A stretch of DNA of 12,566 bases, from contig JADGIF010000260.1 of assembly GCA_018985225.1 (NCBI GenBank), forward strand, positions 1 to 12,566, given 5' to 3'. Below are positions 1 through 7,829 of the stretch, piece by piece. The DNA is from Amoeboradix gromovi X-113 (Eukaryota; Fungi; Sanchytriomycota). The notes beneath the pieces were generated by a model. The model made no database searches. It worked only from the letters and a program-made list of their open reading frames with translations, and was not told the origin of the DNA. Each line of letters opens with the position of its first letter. The first letter of the stretch is position 1. The position numbers and the translations under genes are program-made.

Positions 1-170
1 ACCTCATATATTTGAAAGAGATGTAGGGTCTTCTAGTTTTATTTTGAAAAGAGGAATACAATCAATGAAAGAAAATTGGTATAACAGAAGATCTTTTATT
101 AATGATAGCATTTCCTGCGTATGGTGCACCTTTAAAAACGAGCTAGTCTAGTTTTTATATTTGGTGTCCC
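1..170 (+). mobile_element. Terminal part of a dispersed repeat/transposon (copy 1); the element continues left of the window
   Basis: 1-170 aligns with the reverse complement of 12343-12513 (by manual alignment 7 substitutions and 3 indels). Its last ~55 nt also match 2509-2567. All copies end at ...TTTGGTGTCCC; this one is followed by ATT. Confidence 0.85.
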
Positions 171-341
171 ATTCGTTGGAACCAAAATTAAATGGTTATT
201 TCTAGTAATTGATCAGCAGTACTGATAAGAATAGACAGTATCGTAGCGATAAAACTCATTCAGTCGTGGTAAATATGCTATTCAATTAGAATTGATTGTT
301 TACATGGTAAGATAATAAGAATATTAATACTCAAGGTAAGT

Positions 342-1574
342 TTATTTTTTAGATTTAGAACTAGTAATCTTTAACATCTTAATGTCAAAAACTAGAGTAG
401 AACTACCTGGAATTCCCGAGGAGCCACGTTTACCATAGGCTAAATTAGGAGGGATGGTCAATTTTCTGGTTGATCCTTCCGTCATTCCAATAATTCCTAA
501 ATCCCAACCTTTAATAACATCTCCTTTGCCCAAAGAAAAGGAAAATGGTTTTCCTTTCATGTTACTATCAAAGGTTTTACCATTAGCTAAACGGCCTAAA
601 TATCTAACTGAAACTTTATCTCCGTTTTTTGCTTTATATCCGTTTTGAGTATTCATATCTTTAATAACAATTCCTTCTTTGGTTACACGCTCGCTTTTAT
701 TAGGTTTTTCTGAATTTGTGACTTCCTTCTCCGCCACCTTTTGCTTCTTTTGAGGAATCGCATCCGCTTGCTGTTTCCTCTTTTGACCCGGTTGTTGAAA
801 CTCCACAACGGCATCTTTTACTGACCCCTCTGATTCTGATTCTGACTTATCACTTCCAGAAAGATTTTGCAAAAACTCTTCAATGTCTTTATCAGTTACA
901 GTCTCTTTACCGGTAGACTCTTTGACTGCTGCTACAAGCTCCTGCATTTCTTGTTCCTCGGTCATCTCTTCATTCTCGCCATCTTCAGTTAATGAATGAA
1001 TGTAGGCTGCGACATCCTCTTCGTTAATGTTGTCCGACCCTTTCCACTTTTTTACTTCAGCCATGATAGCTTCAATCTCTTCCTCGTTCATCTCTTCCTC
1101 AACATCAGATCTCTCGTTTTCACCCTCCTGCATATCAACATCAACATCTTTCTCAACAGTGCTCACTGAATTATCTGGATTGTTGTGCTGTTCCACTATT
1201 TCAGTAATCTTTGCTTCAGATTCCTGGTCAATAGATTCAGAAAGGTCAGATTCTGCTACATCGTATTCGTAATTGTCGAATTCTTCCATGTCTTCATTAT
1301 CAGCTAAAACTTCGCCAATTAATGATAATTCATTTGGACCATCAGACTCAAACGTAACTACTTCGCCAGCATCAAAGGTGCATTCAAATGCAATCTGCTC
1401 ATGTTTGTTCGCAGTCAAATGACCTAATACAAAAGTTTGTTCATCAACAGTTACCTTCAATGATGTTCTTCCCTCCTTAAAAGTTCTTAATGAACATGAT
1501 GTCACTCTTATCGGCATGTGGATGGTCTGCGTGTATTTCTTAGTGTTATCAATGTTCAATCCTAAAAATGCCAT
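342..1574 (-). CDS. FPR3: Nucleolar FKBP-type peptidyl-prolyl isomerase / histone chaperone (nucleoplasmin-like N-terminus, acidic and basic linker, C-terminal FKBP domain; Fpr3/Fpr4/FKBP39 family)
   Basis: N-terminal MAFLGL...FVLGHL...EQIAFECTF...VTF...LSLIG nucleoplasmin-like pattern, D/E-rich tracts, and FKBP motifs GDKVSVRYLGRL.NGKTFDSN, VIKGWDLGI.GM..G..RKLTIPP.LAYG. First ATG is at 1574; the ORF track starts at an upstream TTG (1580). FPR3 versus FPR4 orthology cannot be resolved. Confidence 0.93.
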   Translation of the reverse strand: MAFLGLNIDNTKKYTQTIHMPIRVTSCSLRTFKEGRTSLKVTVDEQTFVLGHLTANKHEQIAFECTFDAGEVVTFESDGPNELSLIGEVLADNEDMEEFDNYEYDVAESDLSESIDQESEAKITEIVEQHNNPDNSVSTVEKDVDVDMQEGENERSDVEEEMNEEEIEAIMAEVKKWKGSDNINEEDVAAYIHSLTEDGENEEMTEEQEMQELVAAVKESTGKETVTDKDIEEFLQNLSGSDKSESESEGSVKDAVVEFQQPGQKRKQQADAIPQKKQKVAEKEVTNSEKPNKSERVTKEGIVIKDMNTQNGYKAKNGDKVSVRYLGRLANGKTFDSNMKGKPFSFSLGKGDVIKGWDLGIIGMTEGSTRKLTIPPNLAYGKRGSSGIPGSSTLVFDIKMLKITSSKSKK

Positions 1575-1730
1575 TTGCAATAGTTTCGTCCGTTCCCCTT
1601 TTTATTGTACAAATTCCTAACCTTGAAACAAGATGCGAGTTGATACTTACGGAATTCCTGCTTTTTTTGGAAGATCAAGAATTATTACAGATATACTAGA
1701 AAATCCAGTTGCTCCATTGCAGTTGTTGCC

Positions 1731-2925
1731 TTAGCTTCCACTACCCTGATGCGGGATTGGATAGGGGTGCATGTTCCTTGCTGGCAATTCGTTTCTCTCT
1801 ACTTTCAAATGGCATTTTTTACATGTGTGTATCTCCAAGTTGGTTTTCTTCAGAGTGCCATACCTTGTGCATCTTTGACAAGTAAATGGTTCATTACATT
1901 CTACTAGTGTCTTCTCTTACTTTACAATTGAGCGTCAAAGCTATTTGAATTAATAATGGGACATTATAGCCATATTCTCGGCTGCTTTACTTGATATCTG
2001 GACAGCATTTGAATTGTGCAAAATGCTGGCAAATAAATCTAGCCATACGTTTTTTGCGAAATAAATACATATCTTTTTGCGACAGTCGACTCTTAGCTTC
2101 TTGATGTGTTTGAAAATTTTACATGAAATCTATTTATACAGTCATTATCTTCCTTTGAATCTTTTTGATTTTTCATTTTATTCATAGACTATTTTACAAG
2201 TGCGAAAGACTATATTTTATATCCGTTAGAAGTTTCCTTAAATTTGACAAACTCTGGCTACGGTAATTTGGGCACTTGTCATGTATGAGAAAAACAATTC
2301 TTTTGTTATATTCAGTTACAAAACTCTAGTAAGACACTACATTGGACTGATAGAATTCGATTCATTGTATTAAAACTAACCCTAATTACTCTTTCATCAT
2401 TGCAACTGTTATTACCATAGATGGTTTATTTAATTAAATTTAATATCTGTAAAAGTGCAAAATAAATAATCTTTATTTACTAGGTTTGTCAACATAACGC
2501 TTACTATGCTCCTTATGGAGCACCTCCTTTAAAAACGACTTGGTCTAGTTTTTATATTTGGTGTCCCACTTATAGGTCAGGCATAAAAAACAAGGGACAA
2601 AAGTATGGTGCTCTTTTTGAAAATCTGGGCATGTTTGTCAAGTGAAGTCTAGTGCATGTTGTAACAATTTTTAAGGAATACAAGATCTGCCTGAGACTCA
2701 TATGAGAGAAGCTTGCCAGAGAAAAAGCAGTGTCAAGGTTTTTTCTTTTAAGCTTTAGGTGATGCAATATAGTTAACTCTGTAAAAAGTGGTATCGATTT
2801 TGTTAAAGTGAATTCATCTCTACTTCTCTGATACCACTCTACTTATGAACTCTCATTAAAGAGCCTCATTGAATAATATTTACATTAACATTCCATTGCA
2901 ATGTCTTAAATGAAGTTCATCATAA
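1731..2925 (-). pseudogene. Decayed TnpB/Fanzor2-like (IS607-type) RNA-guided endonuclease gene with multiple stops and frameshifts
   Basis: Manual translation gives motifs in TnpB/Fanzor order: ILFNEAL (2859-2879), NMPRFSKR (~2612-2635), degenerate RuvC-I NRILSVQCSV..FVTEY (~2310-2362), IKKLRVDCRKKIC.YFAK, IYLPAFCTIQML (from 2038), SSKAAENMAIMSHY*FK*L (SHY 1953-1961), LVECNEPFTCQRCTRYG, HTCKKCHLKV and ERNELPARNM (1770-1799, matching DRD.NAARNI), with stop TAA at 1731-1733. The 5' boundary is approximate. Confidence 0.8.
2506..2567 (+). mobile_element. 62-bp copy (copy 2) of the terminus of the GGTGTCCC repeat, nested in the Fanzor relic
   Basis: CTCCTTATGGAGCACCTCCTTTAAAAACGACTTGGTCTAGTTTTTATATTTGGTGTCCC matches the ends of copies 1 and 3. 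It is flanked by ACT at 2503-2505 and 2568-2570. Confidence 0.8.
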
Positions 2926-2939
2926 AATGCAGACAAATA

Positions 2940-3392
2940 TTATTTACTTAAAATTACTTTCAAATGATTTTCAATTGGAACATCTTCCGCGAGAACCCAT
3001 TCTCCGTCTATTGGTTCTGTTGCGTATGCTTTCATTATATAGGTGTTATCATTATAATGCCCGATTGGCTTCCTACCTAATACCCAGAATTTTTCTACTC
3101 CGATCGCCTTGAGTATTCTCTTTGCAGCGTTAGCAAATGATTCATTATCATCTACTACTCCAAGTGGAAGCTTTCCGTCGCTTAGTAAGTACACATGTGA
3201 AAATTGGTTTTTAAAATATAATCCATTTGGTTCATTAACCTTCTGTATTGCGTTATTCTCTTCCTCCCTAAAAGCTGGATATATATCTACTTTACTGTTG
3301 AGGTTTACCTTTGGCATACCCATGGCGCTGCTGCTTGTCCTCTGCTTTATTGGTGGTCTTTGAAGAAGAATTGCAATCGACAATTTCCCCAT
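2940..3392 (-). CDS. MRPL46: Mitochondrial ribosomal protein mL46-like (degenerate Nudix fold), shortened
   Basis: KLSIAILLQRPPI N-terminal block and VYLL...LP.....ESFANAAKRIL...G...FWVLGRKPIGHY....YIMKA resemble the mL46/MRPL17 family. 150 aa. Confidence 0.65.
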   Translation of the reverse strand: MGKLSIAILLQRPPIKQRTSSSAMGMPKVNLNSKVDIYPAFREEENNAIQKVNEPNGLYFKNQFSHVYLLSDGKLPLGVVDDNESFANAAKRILKAIGVEKFWVLGRKPIGHYNDNTYIMKAYATEPIDGEWVLAEDVPIENHLKVILSK

Positions 3393-3420
3393 GTTTCTTG
3401 GATGTCACCTAAGATTAAGC

Positions 3421-4467
3421 TCATGCTTCAAATTCTTTCTGAATTATGGTATCTACAAGTTGCTCCAATTCAGAGTCAACTTCTGAACAAACTGAGTCGA
3501 GTAAAACATACCTTAATTCCATTATAGCTCTCTGGATCAAATGCCATTCCTTGTTATCCACAGCAGACTTCAAGTATTTTATCCTCTGTGATCTTTCTGT
3601 CTTCACAAACTCAACTATGTTTTGACCGACTTTGTAGTTGTAATCTTTGTCCATCACTGGATTTATCTCTACTGACTTCTGCATTTTATCAGGTGCATTC
3701 TTAATTATGTGTATAAGTGGATCCTTAGGGTATATTCTCGTAGTAAAAGTAGAATTATTCTTTCCGCCACAAGCTGCAGGTCCATCGAGTAGTCTCTGGA
3801 TTTTCATTCTTTTATTTTGAAGCTCGCGCTGTATCTCCGATTTTTGGCACGTCTTGCCGCTTTTAGTTAAAGAGAACACCTTATCTTCCTGAAAAAATGG
3901 ATCAGAACTAGATTTTAAATTTAAATTCGGTTTAGGTGCTCGCTCGATTTCGCTAACTTTATTCAAACTACAATCCACGTTGGCCCTGATGATTTTTTCC
4001 GAATCCTCTACGAAATTTCTAACATCACTTGACTTTGGATGTGAATCAATGATATTGGAGGCTTGGATACTTGTCATACTTTTATATTTAGGCATCTCTA
4101 AAAGTTTTAAAGTCATACCTTTCAAATCGTCCTCCTTATTTTTAGCATTGTTAGTTCTGCTATCCTGCTTCAAGTGAGAATTGTTTGGAATCGCCCTTTT
4201 TGATTTTGGCCTTTTAAGAGTGGCATCGCTATGATTCCTTATAATTTTGTTGTTTTTATTTAAAGCTGTACTTCTTTCTTGAATCATGTTGTGAAGAGCT
4301 TTATTTATTCTAAAATCAGATTCAATCAAATTCCCAATTCCCTGTTGTTTACCATTTGACATGGTTAAACCTGAGCGAGTCTTGGAATCGACTTGAACTG
4401 GGGATAAATCAAAATTCTTTTTTTTCACTTGAAAGGGATTAACTTTGAGATCATAATTGAATTGCAT
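3421..4467 (-). CDS. Hypothetical basic, likely disordered protein with a helical C-terminus resembling centriolar Moonraker (KIAA0753)
   Basis: 348-aa ORF tightly packed between its neighbours. C-terminal W..I.....EL....L..V..EV....E.....I..KEF pattern. The ORF is secure; the product name is tentative. Confidence 0.6.
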   Translation of the reverse strand: MQFNYDLKVNPFQVKKKNFDLSPVQVDSKTRSGLTMSNGKQQGIGNLIESDFRINKALHNMIQERSTALNKNNKIIRNHSDATLKRPKSKRAIPNNSHLKQDSRTNNAKNKEDDLKGMTLKLLEMPKYKSMTSIQASNIIDSHPKSSDVRNFVEDSEKIIRANVDCSLNKVSEIERAPKPNLNLKSSSDPFFQEDKVFSLTKSGKTCQKSEIQRELQNKRMKIQRLLDGPAACGGKNNSTFTTRIYPKDPLIHIIKNAPDKMQKSVEINPVMDKDYNYKVGQNIVEFVKTERSQRIKYLKSAVDNKEWHLIQRAIMELRYVLLDSVCSEVDSELEQLVDTIIQKEFEA

Positions 4468-4536
4468 TGATATGTTTCAGATATCTCTAAATCGAGTAAT
4501 TTAAAAACTATATTTATTCTCTAACTCCAGTACAAT

Positions 4537-5739
4537 TTAATCATATAACCCCAAGTTACCGTATAACACCAGTTTAACCTCCTTCATAACTTGATCTAAA
4601 ATTGCATAATTCTTTTCGTTAAATGCAACTTGTACTTTTTTGCTCAGAGTATAGCTTATGTTTATCTCCATATCTGCGTTTTTCTTGATATATTTCTTGA
4701 ATATATCTTCACATGCAGTTTCGATTTGGTCCCTTTGCTGCAGTAGCTTCATCTTATCATAGTCCTCCTTAAAGAGCACCAGCTCCAGACAAAATCTCTC
4801 AGCAGCTTTTCTTTTTAGACCATCAATGTCAAGGGAAACCGAAATTATGCTGCCACGTCTCAACTTTTCAGATTTAATCTTTTCATGTTTCCATGCTAAG
4901 ACATTAGGAAGTACAACGCTTAACAAATGACCAACTATGGCTAGCAGCAAAACTGAAATAGTCCAATTCCTGTAGCCTGATAATCTTAAAATAACGCCGA
5001 GAATCATACAGATTGGTAGTACTACACATATTAGCAAAGTAAACTCGTTTTTTAAAAAATAGGGATCAGTTGATTTTCTCAATAGGTATGACACGAAGAA
5101 GGAAAATGTGATAATAACTACAAAGAAGAGGTACAGAGGAAAATAGAATGTTATTTTGCAATCTGGCTCAAAAACGGTGTCTCTATTTAAAAACAAGATA
5201 GCAGTAGCTATCACAGCACCTGACAACATAAAAATCACAGAACACTTAAAGATGAACTGAGGCTTAAAAAACCGGTTTTGGTTCAGATGGTCTTCTATTA
5301 CGCTATCTCTTTCCAAATTTCCATTTTTTAACTTCCTCTCCAGTGATCCAACCCTCAAAATAAGGCGTTCAAACCAATTCATTTTCTCAGTGTAGATTCT
5401 AAACTCTTCAGCGTGTGATATTTTTATCATTCCATAATTCTTCTCATACAATAGGCATATCCCCCTTACGCTATAAGTGAAAAGAACTAGTCCAAAAAAT
5501 ATGTACCTCGTATATAAGTGATAAACACACGGGGTTAATACATATATATCGTAGAAAGCACTTAATAGCATCAAGTTTTCACAAAAGCTTAAGTAAATTA
5601 CAAATGAAAATATCATAACGTTAAGTAAACCTCTCTTTGCAAAAATGGGATCGTTTCTATTTACAAAAGTCGCGATGGCCCAAAATAAGACCCAAAGTAA
5701 AGTGAACACTATTGCTGCTGCATATGAATTTAGTTCCAT
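4537..5739 (-). CDS. 7TM-RGS protein (multi-pass membrane region fused to a C-terminal regulator-of-G-protein-signalling domain)
   Basis: About seven hydrophobic segments, with RNDPIFAKRG after TM1 and DPYFLKNE before TM6. C-terminal RGS pattern AAERFCLELVLF...DIFKKYIKKNADMEINIS...ILDQVMKEV..VLYGN. Confidence 0.8.
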   Translation of the reverse strand: MELNSYAAAIVFTLLWVLFWAIATFVNRNDPIFAKRGLLNVMIFSFVIYLSFCENLMLLSAFYDIYVLTPCVYHLYTRYIFFGLVLFTYSVRGICLLYEKNYGMIKISHAEEFRIYTEKMNWFERLILRVGSLERKLKNGNLERDSVIEDHLNQNRFFKPQFIFKCSVIFMLSGAVIATAILFLNRDTVFEPDCKITFYFPLYLFFVVIITFSFFVSYLLRKSTDPYFLKNEFTLLICVVLPICMILGVILRLSGYRNWTISVLLLAIVGHLLSVVLPNVLAWKHEKIKSEKLRRGSIISVSLDIDGLKRKAAERFCLELVLFKEDYDKMKLLQQRDQIETACEDIFKKYIKKNADMEINISYTLSKKVQVAFNEKNYAILDQVMKEVKLVLYGNLGLYD

Positions 5740-5802
5740 TATTGATGTGGCTTGACTCGTTTCATCCGAATTATTTTATAATCGAAAATACAATAAATCT
5801 AT

Positions 5803-6864
5803 TTATTGAAAGTCCTTCCAAGCGTCATTTAGTTTTTTGAGAACCAACTCTGTATCGCTCCATCCAATACAAGCGTCAGTGATACTTTTCCCATAAACCA
5901 AATTCACACTATCATTTAGCTTTTGAGATCCTTCCACAAGATTACTTTCAATCATAACCCCAAGCAAATTCTTTCCAATGATGTCTCTTGATTCACATAA
6001 TGAATTAACAACTTCCACTTGTTTTTTATATTGCTTTTGACTGTTCCCGTGCGAACAGTCGACCATGATCTTAGATGTTAAATCGTTTTTTTCCAGCAAA
6101 TCAACCACTCCAAGAACTGATTTCTGGTCGTAATTAGGGCCCTTTTTGGAGCCCCTCAAAATTACATGGACATCCTGGTTGCCAGTTGTTTCTACAATAG
6201 CTGTCAAACCTTGTTTAGTGACCGACAAGAAGCAATGCGGGGATCTTGATGCCATTAGAGCATCGATACAGATTTGATAGTCGCCAGAAGTACTGTTTTT
6301 AAAACCAATTGGCATAGATAATCCAGAAGACAGCTCACGATGTATTTGTGACTCAGTTGTTCTAGCGCCAATTGCACCCCAAGAAACAAGATCAGCGATA
6401 AATTGAGGTGATATGGTGTCCAAAAATTCAACAGCACACGGCAGTCCAATCTCGTTGATGTCTCTTAGTAAGCGCCTTGCAATTCTTAGGCCCTCGTTTA
6501 TTTTGAAACTACCGTCAAGGTTTGGATCGTTTATAAGCCCTTTCCATCCAACAGTTGTTCTAGGCTTTTCGAAATAAACTCGCATGACAAGAAATAAGTT
6601 TGGAAAACGATGGCTAATAGCCTCCAGATTCTTTGCATATTCCAAAGCACTAGCGGGATCGTGAATAGAACAAGGCCCAATGACTACTAAAAGACGGTTA
6701 TCAGTTCCGTTTAAAATTCTGCTGATCATATTTCGTCCTAGTTTAATAGTAAGTGCTGCATTCTCCGTTAATGGTATCTCTTCAAGCAAAATCTCAGGTG
6801 GTAGTAGAGGTCTTATTCTGGAAATGCGTAAATCGTCCAAGTCATTCAGAGTGTCGTACAACAT
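5803..6864 (-). CDS. ARO3: 3-deoxy-D-arabino-heptulosonate-7-phosphate (DAHP) synthase, class I alpha
   Basis: Motifs GPCSIHD, MRVYFEKPRTTVGWKGLINDP, GAIGARTTESQIHRE, DCSHGNS and YGKSITDACIGW. HCFLSVTK has the Ser seen in Phe-inhibited Aro3/AroG-type enzymes. Confidence 0.96.
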   Translation of the reverse strand: MLYDTLNDLDDLRISRIRPLLPPEILLEEIPLTENAALTIKLGRNMISRILNGTDNRLLVVIGPCSIHDPASALEYAKNLEAISHRFPNLFLVMRVYFEKPRTTVGWKGLINDPNLDGSFKINEGLRIARRLLRDINEIGLPCAVEFLDTISPQFIADLVSWGAIGARTTESQIHRELSSGLSMPIGFKNSTSGDYQICIDALMASRSPHCFLSVTKQGLTAIVETTGNQDVHVILRGSKKGPNYDQKSVLGVVDLLEKNDLTSKIMVDCSHGNSQKQYKKQVEVVNSLCESRDIIGKNLLGVMIESNLVEGSQKLNDSVNLVYGKSITDACIGWSDTELVLKKLNDAWKDFQ

Positions 6865-6936
6865 CGAAACAGTGCTAAGAAGGAGCCACTACTCATAAAA
6901 ATTAATGGAATCAATAATCTTTAACGATTTACTGCG

Positions 6937-7414
6937 TTAATGTTTAGATCGTTTGTTGCTATTCTCAGCGTACCCGCCTCTATTGGCATCAAACTCAGCC
7001 CTTTTTTCATCTCTAACCTAAATTAAAAGAATATACCTGTCCCCCAGATTTTCCTCTTCCAAATTGCCGTCCGTCAGCGAATCCGTAATCCAAATCAACC
7101 CTGATCAACTGATCGTCTAATTTAAGTCGATTTAAGTACCTAACTGCTCTCTCCGCAGCTGCTCTACTTGAAAACTCCACAAAGCAAAACCCGCAAGGCG
7201 TTTTTTTGACCCGGTCTAGGCCCATAATGATAACTTTAATTCCTCCAGCTTGTCCGAAGAATGTATACAGTTGTTCTTCGGACGTGTAAAAAGAAACATT
7301 CCCAACATAACATGTTGTAGTCCTCATTATAAGTTCTTTATATTCTTCAGGTGATCCTTTAAATTGCCTATCGATATAAGAACTAGGTCCTGCAGAGTCT
7401 TGAAATAAATTCAT
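6937..7414 (-). CDS. CBC2: Nuclear cap-binding protein subunit 2 (CBP20); two exons, 7414-7037 and 7017-6937
   Basis: YVGNVSFYTSEEQLY..F, IIMGLDR.KKTPCGFCFVE, IRVDLDYGF.DGRQFGRGKSGGQ. Removing 7018-7036 restores the conserved tail VRDEKRAEFDANRGGY and gives 152 aa plus stop. Confidence 0.95.
7018..7036 (-). other. 19-nt GT-AG spliceosomal intron in CBP20
   Basis: GTATATTCTTTTAATTTAG; excision joins GGQ to VRDE in frame. Confidence 0.9.
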
Positions 7415-7418
7415 TTTA

Positions 7419-7727
7419 ATGGGGATCTTGTTACAGGGATCATTTAGAATGATTAGTTTTGGCAAACGATTTCTAGCATTGCCTAAAGACAATGTAAGTA
7501 CAAGAATTTTAAACCTGCTTAAAGGGTTTGATAAAGTCGACCCTCTGAAAGTTACTGTTGATGCCCATTTAACGAAGGATCTGAAGTTAGATAGCTTAGA
7601 TGTGACCGAAGTACTGATGCACGTTGAGGAGGAATTCAGAGTGCAGATACCTGACAAGGTTTCTGATGAGGTTACTAGTGTTAAACAGATTATAGAATAC
7701 ATCAGTACAAGACCTGATGCTATTTGA
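7419..7727 (+). CDS. ACP1: Mitochondrial acyl carrier protein (ACP1/NDUFAB1); the start may instead be the ATG at 7449
   Basis: DLKLDSLDVTEVLMHVEEEF...IPD phosphopantetheine-Ser motif, with a short basic N-terminal leader (SFRMISFGKRFLAL). Confidence 0.93.
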   Translation: MGILLQGSFRMISFGKRFLALPKDNVSTRILNLLKGFDKVDPLKVTVDAHLTKDLKLDSLDVTEVLMHVEEEFRVQIPDKVSDEVTSVKQIIEYISTRPDAI

Positions 7728-7829
7728 ACATAATAAATGCCTCTTTGATATTTACAGTCTTTTGTACGGCATTCACAATTTTAACTTATAAAGGATCTAT
7801 CCTAAAGATTGCGAGGTTAACCTTGGATA

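Noticed and set aside
2570-2767. 65-aa ORF as a standalone gene
   Set aside because: It starts at TTG and is better explained as a surviving in-frame piece of the TnpB/Fanzor relic.
5803-6864. Bacterial horizontal transfer of the DAHP synthase
   Set aside because: Class I alpha enzymes are the normal fungal type, and lack of introns is common in this window. A phylogeny would be needed.
7415-7702. N-terminal extension of CBP20 in the 229-aa ORF
   Set aside because: It is the antisense shadow of the ACP gene. CBP20 homology starts at MNLF (7414).
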